Shown: positions 25,805-33,115 of the stretch, piece by piece | Position numbering within the stretch: the first letter of the stretch is position 1 | How the letters are laid out: the number at the start of each line of letters is the position of its first letter | Virus record (IMG/VR): IMGVR_UViG_3300025141_000415 | Coordinates: 1-33,115 of that record | Reading direction: 5' to 3' (one strand) | Source: a virus | Lineage: Duplodnaviria; Caudoviricetes | DNA: 33,115 bases | Made by a program: the position numbers and the translations under genes | Notes under the pieces: generated by a model | What the model was told of the DNA's origin: nothing | The model's input: only the letters and a program-made list of their open reading frames with translations | Database searches by the model: none

Positions 25805-28198
25805 ATGGCAATGGTAAATATGGGTACTTACAGCACTGTAAACGGTGTTCAAGAGTACTCAACAGTAAACTTATTAACAAGTGCATCAGCTTCTGCAACA
25901 AACGAGCAAATTTTACTTAGATCGAACGGGGCGATAAAAGCAAGTGGCGGTTCTGCTGCTATTACTTTCACTAATTGTCAGATATTCTTAGATGATGTTG
26001 CTAATCCGGGTAACTGGTACGACTCAGGTACAGCAAACCTCACCTATAATGGTGATAATAATAGCAGAAATAGCACTACTATGCCTCTTGACTTTAATAA
26101 CTGTTCCATCATATATCGGACTACAACAACAAGAGCTATATTTCTAAGTAATCTAACAAACACAAAAATATTCCGACAGCAGACAGGAGGTGGAACTTTT
26201 AGAGTTTACACGCAAGGCGGCGCTAATTTAGATGGAATGTTACTTGACAGTGTTACTTGGGAGCCTGTCTTGCAATTCTCCTCAGCAAGTAATGTAATAC
26301 TTCAAAATACCGGCACTGGATTCACTAATTTCAACGTGCCCCGCATGGACTTTTTGTACCTTAGAGAAATAAACGTTACCAACTCGGCCTCACTTGGAGT
26401 TGGTAACGGTGGAAATAATTCAATCGTTATAATTAATGCTATAGCGTTTGATGATACAACTATATCAATGGGAAGTATAAATAGTAAATACTTTAAAATA
26501 ATCAGTTCAAGCTGGAATTTTAAAGACCGAGATCTAGGCATTGATGTTGAAGATGCTCTATTGATTCTCAATAGTGATAAATCAGGATCAATGACCGAGC
26601 TAGGTAGGTACACAACAAACTCAGATGGTTTACTAGTGGGAACTTACGATTCATTTAATGAAACTACTGGGGCAAACCAAGTGAGAGAAACGCTATATAT
26701 TTGGCCTTCTTATAGTGATACATCTGGATCTTCACATGGCACTGGCGCTTTTACTTATGATTTGATAGATGTAGATACACAGATAGAAATAAGGGCTTAC
26801 GGATATGAGCCGCCAGTAGGGTACATCGTCGGTGATTCTTATGCGTTAACTGATCCACAGGGTACATTAAATGCGGATTATTCAGTTGAAACTTATCAAG
26901 TATTTACAATGAATAATGACTTGAATATCACAGAGCAAACGAAAGCTACTGTTTTAGCTTATACCGATTTAGGAACAGCAGAAAAGCTTTATGATAGGCA
27001 TAAGGCAGAGTGGCGAGATAATGACAATTACGCGCTTATTGGCAAAGTAGGTTCACAGCTAGATTTAGGCGCTATTAATTTAACCATTGACGCTACTGCG
27101 GTATCAGTTTACACGGCTAATACTACAAGCATCACTGCTAAAGCTGCGACTTATACAGGCGGCGCAACTTCGACTACTGGAGATGTAACGACATTAAACG
27201 GGGCTTTACTTTCTGGAGGTATTTTCAACTGTGATATTAATTATCAATCGGGCGCAGGTACTACGATCACAGAAATTACTTGCACTGGCACGGTAGATTT
27301 TGACACAGCCGGAACTTATACAATAGATGGCGGGACTATAAATGAAGTAACTAATACTTCCGGCGGTGCTGTTACATTACTTTTAGAAAATGGCGCTGTA
27401 ATTACAACTAATACAGGCCCCAATATAACGCTGATACAAAACGTCAATGTATTTAATTCTAATCTAATAAACTTAACTCGCGTACATTTATATAATGTAA
27501 CTAAAAATGCAAGTTTAGATAATAGCGCTGTTTCTGGTAGTGGTGGCTATAGCTTCACTGCCAATTTATTAAGTGCTTCAGTTGACATCGGCGACACATT
27601 AAGAATAAAAGCAGCACAAACAGACGGAGTAACCGCGCAAGCTGAATATGAAGAAAGCGGAATTATCACGGCGACAGGATTAGAGTTTATCGGCACTCAA
27701 AGTGCAGAACCTTCATATAATACATGGGCCTTAGACGGTTCAAGCTTCACAAGTAAATTTACTGCTAATTATGTCAATGACAGGGTAAATATCATAGTTT
27801 CTGGAGCTTGGAAGGTTTCGGAGTTTGGCGCGTGGTGGATGTACAATCTAACAACAGCTACAGGCATAGAAGAATTTTTTGGCGGTGTCACAATTATAGA
27901 TGAAGCGAACATAGGCATTAATCCTAGCATAGTTAATATTTTCCTAGATACTACAATGACAAGTGGAACAGCTTTTCAAGAAGATAATAGGAGACTATTT
28001 CGCATAGGTGATGAGAATACTAGACCAGTGCAAGATCCTACTACTGGTGGCGGGTCTGTAGATGTTGAATGGCGTAGCCGTGTGTCTATCGCTAATAGTG
28101 AAGATGTTGCTACTAGAGACAATCAAGCGGAGCTTTTAGAGGGTATTATAAATGCAAGTATAAAAAAACCGCATACAGGAACATTACCGGATACATAA
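25805..28198 (+). CDS. Large Thr/Asn/Gly-rich beta-helix/adhesin-like structural protein
   Basis: 797 aa with beta-solenoid-like composition, at the end of the tail module. Confidence 0.65.
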   Translation: MAMVNMGTYSTVNGVQEYSTVNLLTSASASATNEQILLRSNGAIKASGGSAAITFTNCQIFLDDVANPGNWYDSGTANLTYNGDNNSRNSTTMPLDFNNCSIIYRTTTTRAIFLSNLTNTKIFRQQTGGGTFRVYTQGGANLDGMLLDSVTWEPVLQFSSASNVILQNTGTGFTNFNVPRMDFLYLREINVTNSASLGVGNGGNNSIVIINAIAFDDTTISMGSINSKYFKIISSSWNFKDRDLGIDVEDALLILNSDKSGSMTELGRYTTNSDGLLVGTYDSFNETTGANQVRETLYIWPSYSDTSGSSHGTGAFTYDLIDVDTQIEIRAYGYEPPVGYIVGDSYALTDPQGTLNADYSVETYQVFTMNNDLNITEQTKATVLAYTDLGTAEKLYDRHKAEWRDNDNYALIGKVGSQLDLGAINLTIDATAVSVYTANTTSITAKAATYTGGATSTTGDVTTLNGALLSGGIFNCDINYQSGAGTTITEITCTGTVDFDTAGTYTIDGGTINEVTNTSGGAVTLLLENGAVITTNTGPNITLIQNVNVFNSNLINLTRVHLYNVTKNASLDNSAVSGSGGYSFTANLLSASVDIGDTLRIKAAQTDGVTAQAEYEESGIITATGLEFIGTQSAEPSYNTWALDGSSFTSKFTANYVNDRVNIIVSGAWKVSEFGAWWMYNLTTATGIEEFFGGVTIIDEANIGINPSIVNIFLDTTMTSGTAFQEDNRRLFRIGDENTRPVQDPTTGGGSVDVEWRSRVSIANSEDVATRDNQAELLEGIINASIKKPHTGTLPDT

Positions 28199-28205
28199 TA
28201 ATATT

Positions 28206-28652
28206 ATGAACTTTCATAAAAAATATAAAAGAATAACGCCTTGGTGGCGATGCTTTACTGCTGAATACAAAATGATAGCTATGCACAGTGAAATGACTGG
28301 TGTCACTGGCTTTGAGTACGAAGATTATGTGATCAAACTTACAAGAGATGGGCGATTAACTGTAATGCCTGATTTTATGTTTGGAGCTTCAGGCCCGACT
28401 CTTGACAGGTTCTTTGGATTCTTTAAAAAGAAGATGAGAAAGATTAGACGCGGAGTATGCTTTCATGATGCAGGCTATTACCTGTCACAAATGGGAGTAT
28501 TTAAAGGTCCTCATTCAAAATTAATAAAGCAAAAGTTTGATAATATGTTTGGCGATATGATGATTGCTGATGGTGTTTGGTCTATTCGTTCTGACATATG
28601 GGAGAGTTCAGTAGAAAAATTTGGTAAATCTTCTTGGGAGTCAAAGAAATAG
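28206..28652 (+). CDS. DUF1353-like protein
   Basis: VMPDFMFGASGP...GVCFHDAGY...FDNMF..MM...GV matches the GAS-P / HDxxY pattern. Confidence 0.6.
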   Translation: MNFHKKYKRITPWWRCFTAEYKMIAMHSEMTGVTGFEYEDYVIKLTRDGRLTVMPDFMFGASGPTLDRFFGFFKKKMRKIRRGVCFHDAGYYLSQMGVFKGPHSKLIKQKFDNMFGDMMIADGVWSIRSDIWESSVEKFGKSSWESKK

Positions 28653-28654
28653 AA

Positions 28655-28683
28655 TAGTCAAATACAACTTTAAATAGTATAAT
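28655..28683 (+). promoter_or_regulatory. Possible sigma70 promoter for the last two late genes
   Basis: TAGTCA, 17 bp, TATAAT. Confidence 0.4.
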
Positions 28684-28720
28684 CTTATGAGCGAGGCGCT
28701 AATGAAAAGAGGTTAAAGAT

Positions 28721-29080
28721 ATGGAATTAACTATAGAGGGAATAATAGGTATAATTACCTTGGTCGCTTCCGCGTTTGCTTTTTGTGTTAAAAAAGAATT
28801 GAAGCTAACTAAAGATATTGCTACCTTAGCTGAGAAGCATCAGGCATCTAAGTTCTCATTGGGCGAAAGAATAACCAATATAGAAGAGGGGGCAGCTTCT
28901 AAATTTAACGAGATTAGAGAAGAGTTAAAACCCATGAAAAGCAAAATAACAGAGTTAGACAAAGAGGTGTCAGTAAGTTCGGTTAAATTAGATAATGTTC
29001 TTACTAGCATCGGAAGGCTAGAATCTATAGTAGGTAAAATATTTGATATAATGGATAAGAAGCAGGATAAAATTGCATAA
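28721..29080 (+). CDS. N-terminal TM + coiled-coil protein (holin- or i-spanin-like)
   Basis: One hydrophobic N-terminal helix followed by heptad repeats. Confidence 0.55.
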   Translation: MELTIEGIIGIITLVASAFAFCVKKELKLTKDIATLAEKHQASKFSLGERITNIEEGAASKFNEIREELKPMKSKITELDKEVSVSSVKLDNVLTSIGRLESIVGKIFDIMDKKQDKIA

Positions 29081-29243
29081 ACTTAAATATATATTATTTA
29101 CGTTCCTTTTATCTTCTTGTGTTATCCAGAAAGAAGTTAATATTATAATTAAAGATTCAAGTAATATTGGAATAGAGACTAAAGTGTCAGGCTCGGATTT
29201 AGAAGATTTAAAACCAAGCTTAAAAGTTCCTTTATTACCTTAA
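29073..29243 (+). CDS. 56-aa lipoprotein (o-spanin-like candidate)
   Basis: TTG start with AGGA SD. MHKLKYILFTFLLSS-C lipobox. Overlaps the previous gene by 8 nt. Not in ORF track. Confidence 0.6.
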   Translation: MHKLKYILFTFLLSSCVIQKEVNIIIKDSSNIGIETKVSGSDLEDLKPSLKVPLLP

Positions 29244-29263
29244 AGATCATCCTGCACACAATG

Positions 29264-29302
29264 AAGCCCCAGTAGTCCACCCTTGCTACTGGGGCTTTTT
29301 TT
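29264..29302 (+). terminator. Rho-independent terminator ending the late operon
   Basis: AAGCCCCAGTAG / CTACTGGGGCTT stem with T7 tract, between convergent gene blocks. Confidence 0.9.
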
Positions 29303-29316
29303 ATACACGTTTATTG

Positions 29317-29352
29317 AATATGTATACAAAACCTTAATTTCGTATACATATT
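29317..29352. repeat. Perfect 11-bp inverted repeat
   Basis: AATATGTATAC (29317-29327) / GTATACATATT (29342-29352). Confidence 0.7.
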
Positions 29353-29367
29353 GATTAGCTACTTAGA

Positions 29368-29748
29368 CTAGAAAGGAGTATCATCTTGCTCAACATTAGG
29401 CATTGGCATTTGCGGCCTAGCTGGCATTGCTGGCGGTGCCTGAGCTGGTGCGGATTGCGGCGCTTGATATTGCGGCTGCTGATATTGACCTTGCGACTGT
29501 TGTTGAGGGGGTTGCTGTGGCTGCTGTTGCGGCTGCCAAGTATCCAAGCTAATAGAGTGAGTATGCCCGTACTGGCTAATCTGCTGCCTGCGATTAATAT
29601 TTAAATTGATGTATCCTCTATCATTTAGGCAATTCTGCATATTCTTTAGATCTTCAGCAGAAAAGCTAACTCTAATAACTGAGCCTCCATCTTGAAATAC
29701 ATGCTCTTTGCCATTACCGAAATAAGTTTTTTGTTGCTGGTTATTCAT
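29368..29748 (-). CDS. Single-stranded DNA-binding protein-like
   Basis: Compact beta-rich N-domain, Q/P-rich linker and acidic DDTPF tip. Located in the recombination block. Confidence 0.7.
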   Translation of the reverse strand: MNNQQQKTYFGNGKEHVFQDGGSVIRVSFSAEDLKNMQNCLNDRGYINLNINRRQQISQYGHTHSISLDTWQPQQQPQQPPQQQSQGQYQQPQYQAPQSAPAQAPPAMPARPQMPMPNVEQDDTPF

Positions 29749-29767
29749 TTGCTACCTCTTTTTTTTA

Positions 29768-30328
29768 TTAGATATGTATTTGTTTTAATCTTTCTTCATA
29801 AGCTTTTTCTAGCTCATTTTTTCCGGCATGTTCAGTCTGTTGAGCTTTCTGCCACTTCTCATTAAGTGCATCAATAGAGTCAGCAGCTTCAAAAGCTGAC
29901 AAGATAGCTTTAAGGGTTATTTTTGGCTGAGGCTTAGGCTCTACATATTCAATAGTAACCTTTCTTCGCTTTCCCCTAGTTATGGCTACATAAGAGCTTA
30001 AACCATTCTTATCAATATGAGATAGCCCACGAATACGAATGCCGCCTATTTCAGCCCCTGCCCATTTAACAGAACCTTCACCATAGAGTTTAATTGTTTT
30101 GCCATGCCAGTTTTCAGACTCTTCGCCCCAAGCTTCACAAAGTAATCTAAGCATTCCCTTACATGGCTTATAAGGCTTATTTAAATCATTCTTATAATGA
30201 ATTGATACTGGTTGATCTCCGGCAGTTACATTGACTGTAGTTATTTCGATGATCTTTTCACCGCTGCGGATGTCGTCATAGTTTAATTGGTCACTCTTAG
30301 CTATTATTGCATGTGATACATTAGGCAT
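29768..30328 (-). CDS. Conserved-looking phage protein, candidate single-strand annealing protein
   Basis: KSDQLN.DD, QPVSI, KPYKPCK, WG and GGIRI motifs. Sits between exonuclease and SSB. Confidence 0.55.
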   Translation of the reverse strand: MPNVSHAIIAKSDQLNYDDIRSGEKIIEITTVNVTAGDQPVSIHYKNDLNKPYKPCKGMLRLLCEAWGEESENWHGKTIKLYGEGSVKWAGAEIGGIRIRGLSHIDKNGLSSYVAITRGKRRKVTIEYVEPKPQPKITLKAILSAFEAADSIDALNEKWQKAQQTEHAGKNELEKAYEERLKQIHI

Positions 30329-30992
30329 GATAAATACCTCCCATTTTTATAACTGTTTGTTGAACTTCCAAAATAAAATCATCAAGTAAAACTCTTGCTT
30401 CGTTGATGAATTGCGTGTACTCACTGCGGTATATCTTTTTAATGAAAAGATCATTGATTTTATTTCTATCATCATAATGACCAAAAGACCACCACTCAAC
30501 GCAATCATCCATAATCATAGGGCATAGACATTGCCAAAGGTGCTCTGGTGGTACTCTATCATCCTCAAAATATTCAATGTGCTTTTTTCCGGCCTTTGAT
30601 TTAGTTTCATAGCCTCCAACAATAACGCCATTTTCTTTACAGATTGCATCGGGGCTAAACTTGAACATTTCATGCTTATCACTCTGGAGCATACCGCATG
30701 ACTCAAAAGTTACTCCAAGTGCCTTTGCCGCTTTCTCTACAGATATAGGCTCTAAGTCGTGGCCTCTCTGCATAGCTTCATTGGAGAAGTCGTCTATCTC
30801 AAGTATGCTCTGGAACTCTGAAACCAATTCGAGTAAAAGAGTTCTTTGGATTTTCTTATCTCCAAGAGTCCATTTTTTTGTTTTTGCTGAATATTTTGCT
30901 CCGATGGCTGACTGCATCTTGGTGCCAGTGATACAGCGAAATCTCTCTTCGTGCCAAATATCGCTACCCTGTGCTATGTTAATTATTTTCAT
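30321..30992 (-). CDS. YqaJ / lambda-exonuclease family protein
   Basis: QGSDIWHEERFRCITGT, AMQRGHDLEP, FSPDA, YETKS and WQC motifs. Confidence 0.9.
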   Translation of the reverse strand: MKIINIAQGSDIWHEERFRCITGTKMQSAIGAKYSAKTKKWTLGDKKIQRTLLLELVSEFQSILEIDDFSNEAMQRGHDLEPISVEKAAKALGVTFESCGMLQSDKHEMFKFSPDAICKENGVIVGGYETKSKAGKKHIEYFEDDRVPPEHLWQCLCPMIMDDCVEWWSFGHYDDRNKINDLFIKKIYRSEYTQFINEARVLLDDFILEVQQTVIKMGGIYHA

Positions 30993-31015
30993 CTACTCAC
31001 TTCCTTTTTTATTCA

Positions 31016-31351
31016 TTAGCTTATAGGTTTTTGCTTTATGCTTATGCGACATATATTACTTTTTAGCTTTGGCCTATGTATTGGGAATATCTTATTTAAA
31101 CATAATTCACTATGTTTATTATCAGATAAAATAGCCTTCTCCATATCTTTGCTATCTTCACCGCAATATATAATCGAAGTAATGCTCATTAAGGCATCAA
31201 TAGTTCGTAACTTAAACTTATCAATAAGCCCCATTTTATTTTTATTTACTGGGTCTGATAGGTGCTCTGTTATCCTAGATCTTAAAGGTTTTATTGTATG
31301 GCCTATGTAGAATTCACCACTTGGGAAGTTCATCATATAAACAGCTCCCAT
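31016..31351 (-). CDS. GIY-YIG endonuclease (short, freestanding)
   Basis: AVYMM...FYIGHT...RITEH...E...LN motif set. Confidence 0.75.
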   Translation of the reverse strand: MGAVYMMNFPSGEFYIGHTIKPLRSRITEHLSDPVNKNKMGLIDKFKLRTIDALMSITSIIYCGEDSKDMEKAILSDNKHSELCLNKIFPIHRPKLKSNICRISIKQKPIS

Positions 31352-31353
31352 AA

Positions 31354-31503
31354 CTATCTCCTTAATACCGCTGTTTTCTTATAATCTTGGATCCACATAT
31401 CAATCAACTTTTTCATTGATACGCCCTCTAGTTTAGCAATAGCTTTAAGATCATCTCTTGATCCTTGCCAAACTTCTATATGTTTATGCTTTGTTTTATC
31501 CAC
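31354..31503 (-). CDS. 49-aa ribbon-helix-helix regulator
   Basis: GTG start with AAGGAG SD. MDKTKHKHIEVWQGSRDDLKAIAKLEGVSMKKLIDMWI. Not in ORF track. Confidence 0.7.
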   Translation of the reverse strand: MDKTKHKHIEVWQGSRDDLKAIAKLEGVSMKKLIDMWIQDYKKTAVLRR

Positions 31504-31527
31504 AATATCTCCTTATTTGGATTACTA

Positions 31528-31556
31528 ACTATAAGCCTTACTTAAATATAAATCAA
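31528..31556 (-). promoter_or_regulatory. Leftward sigma70 promoter
   Basis: On - strand: TTGATT, 17 bp, TATAGT. Confidence 0.7.
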
Positions 31557-31601
31557 GATAGAACTTAAGGAATAATTTAAAGAAAAACTTTAAGTTTAGT
31601 A

Positions 31602-31630
31602 TTGATTATAATTATTTATACCCTTATACT
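31602..31630 (+). promoter_or_regulatory. Rightward sigma70 promoter
   Basis: TTGATT, 17 bp, TATACT. AAGGAG SD downstream. Confidence 0.72.
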
Positions 31631-31656
31631 ACCTACATAACCAAAAAGGAGACACA

Positions 31657-31977
31657 GTGAAATACACAGTAGAGATAGAAGAAGAAACAAGAACTCTAGA
31701 GTTTGCTTTAGAGGTTGAGTGTCATTACTGGAATGAACCAAGCCGCACTACTGGAGCATGGGAAGATTGTTACGAAGGTGATGCAGGTTTTGATGTGATT
31801 AGTGTAGATATACGCTCAGTTATAGTGATTGATGATGACGGCAAAGAGACATTTATTAGAGCTGATTTTGTCTTATTTGATTTAATTGAATGTGAGTATC
31901 AAGCCAAGATTGAATTAATTCTGGATGAAGATGACGAACTTTTTGAAGCATGGAAAAAAGATCAGGAGAATATTTAA
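31657..31977 (+). CDS. Highly acidic early protein
   Basis: GTG start with AAGGAG. Very Asp/Glu-rich. Confidence 0.75.
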   Translation: MKYTVEIEEETRTLEFALEVECHYWNEPSRTTGAWEDCYEGDAGFDVISVDIRSVIVIDDDGKETFIRADFVLFDLIECEYQAKIELILDEDDELFEAWKKDQENI

Positions 31978-31979
31978 AA

Positions 31980-32408
31980 ATGAGTAACGTCAATAAGGCA
32001 GTACTAAGGGACGCATTAAAAGGTGTGTCAGTTCCAGATAGTTTAAAAATGGGTTCAAGGCGCTGGTATCAGATGAAAGATACCAAAGACCCTAATGATG
32101 ACTTTTTAACTCAGACAATCGAAGCCATGAAGGCATCCGGCAATAGTATTATCTTAGATCATATATGCGAAGAAATGGGCGGCTGCTTTGTCAAGTATGA
32201 AGAAGCTGGAAAGAGCACAGGAAATATGCACAAAGATGCCTCTTGCCTGCTTTCTGAACTTACAGATGTATACACAGTAATGTCTGAGTCAATGAAGGAC
32301 GGCAAAATAGATATGAACGAAGCCGCAGCTATTCGCAAGGAAGCAAAAGAAGCGATGCAACAAATTGAAATCATGCTCGATAACGTACAAAAAGGGAAGT
32401 ATCAATGA
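31980..32408 (+). CDS. CII-like regulatory protein (Phage_CP76-like)
   Basis: ILDHICEEMGGCFV and DGKIDMNEAAAIRKE motifs. ATG 31980 preferred because of AGGAG at 31963-31967. Confidence 0.65.
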   Translation: MSNVNKAVLRDALKGVSVPDSLKMGSRRWYQMKDTKDPNDDFLTQTIEAMKASGNSIILDHICEEMGGCFVKYEEAGKSTGNMHKDASCLLSELTDVYTVMSESMKDGKIDMNEAAAIRKEAKEAMQQIEIMLDNVQKGKYQ

Positions 32409-32563
32409 CTCCAGAAAATTACCAAGCAATCAACAAAGCTCTTTGTTATGCTGAAGCTCAAGTAGAGGTTTTAATCATGGCTGGAGATCATGAGACAGCG
32501 AGAGAGATAGTTTTATATCTGGCTAAGGCAAGAGTAGCTTTAAATGATGAGGCCAACAAATAA
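32405..32563 (+). CDS. 52-aa hypothetical protein
   Basis: MTPENYQAINKALCYAEAQVE...; ATGA overlap with the previous gene. Confidence 0.55.
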   Translation: MTPENYQAINKALCYAEAQVEVLIMAGDHETAREIVLYLAKARVALNDEANK

Positions 32564-32660
32564 AAAAGCCTTACTTCAATTTTGATTTAATGATGGTGTT
32601 AAGTTTTGGATTAATATTTTTAGTGCTCGTTTTAATTGTAATACAAATAGGGATAAAAGA

Positions 32661-32924
32661 ATGGTAATTGGTGAAAGAATATGCAGAAGGTGCAAGAAAA
32701 CAAAGCCAACTAGTCAATTTGATAAGCCAGCTAACAATTTACGCAGACTAAGAACTTGCCGTGAGTGTTACGCTGGGGACGGTATAATCAAGCAGGATAA
32801 GAGCGAAGAGGAGATAAACCGCATTAAGGCAATTATGTCTGTACCTGTCAATATCCAGAAGACACAAGCTTATTACATGGGCAAATTTTCAATAGCTAAA
32901 GAGCAAAAGCTAGGGGTGTTATGA
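32661..32924 (+). CDS. Zinc-finger protein
   Basis: CRRC...K...F...CREC. Confidence 0.65.
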   Translation: MVIGERICRRCKKTKPTSQFDKPANNLRRLRTCRECYAGDGIIKQDKSEEEINRIKAIMSVPVNIQKTQAYYMGKFSIAKEQKLGVL

Positions 32925-33010
32925 AAAACAGATATATAACCTGCATTAAGTGCGACAAGAAAGGCTTATACGATAGAGAGTCAAAAAGCTTTAAGTGTGG
33001 GAGCTACTAA
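32921..33010 (+). CDS. 29-aa zinc-ribbon-like peptide
   Basis: MKNRYITCIKCDKKGLYDRESKSFKCGSY; ATGA overlap. Confidence 0.35.
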   Translation: MKNRYITCIKCDKKGLYDRESKSFKCGSY

Positions 33011-33011
33011 A

Positions 33012-33115
33012 ATGAACACAGCACAAAACGGCAAAGGAAGCAGACCACGACCAATAGACCGCCAAAAATGGGAGGAGTCGCCACTTTGGAATAATATGAA
33101 ATCAAAGTCCAAAAA
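33012..33115 (+). CDS. Small phage protein with GKGSRPRP motif, truncated at window end
   Basis: MNTAQNGKGSRPRPIDRQKWEESPLW...; GGAG SD. Confidence 0.55.
   Translation, partial: MNTAQNGKGSRPRPIDRQKWEESPLWNNMKSKSK

Noticed and set aside
21080-28198. Diversity-generating retroelement or invertible tail cassette
   Set aside because: No reverse transcriptase or invertase, and no TR/VR-like repeat pair was noticed.
29400-29540. GCTG/GGCTG-rich repeats and plus-strand ORF 29386-29604
   Set aside because: Explained by the Gln/Pro linker codons of the minus-strand SSB. Not a CRISPR array.
30661-31310. Plus-strand ORFs 30661-31026 and 31038-31310
   Set aside because: Antisense shadows of the YqaJ and GIY-YIG genes.
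32590-32667. 25-aa hydrophobic peptide MMVLSFGLIFLVLVLIVIQIGIKEW
   Set aside because: Possible, but there is no SD and T-rich DNA easily gives such peptides, so support is insufficient.
1-33115. Circular complete genome, alternative genetic code, tRNA or CRISPR
   Set aside because: No terminal overlap between the ends, replication genes are missing, long ORFs are intact under the standard code, and no cloverleaf or spaced repeats were seen.

Overview
This AT-rich 33 kb window is most of a podovirus-type (T7/BPP-1/epsilon15-like virion architecture) dsDNA phage or prophage genome. On the + strand it carries a C5 DNA methyltransferase with a fully overlapping partner frame, small early/middle ORFs, terminase small and large subunits, a GNAT-like protein, portal, scaffold, major capsid, tail tubular A/B, three ejected internal virion proteins (the 2253-aa one has a HExxH metallopeptidase and an ADP-ribosyltransferase-like module), tail fibre/adhesin genes and an unusual lysis-like cassette (DUF1353-like, TM coiled-coil, lipoprotein). 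A convergent - strand block encodes an RHH regulator, GIY-YIG nuclease, YqaJ exonuclease, an unassigned partner and an SSB. It is separated from a CII-like early block by mirror-image sigma70 promoters. I see no polymerase, helicase, integrase, recognisable endolysin, tRNA or CRISPR. The best leads are: a switch-like structured capsid 5' leader; a post-capsid hairpin whose loop is complementary to a GAGGCGAA motif at several start codons; a 10-bp-phased palindromic array upstream of the capsid promoter; the two-frame methyltransferase; and the enzymatic cargo of the giant ejection protein. All product calls come from reading motifs and synteny, not from database searches.
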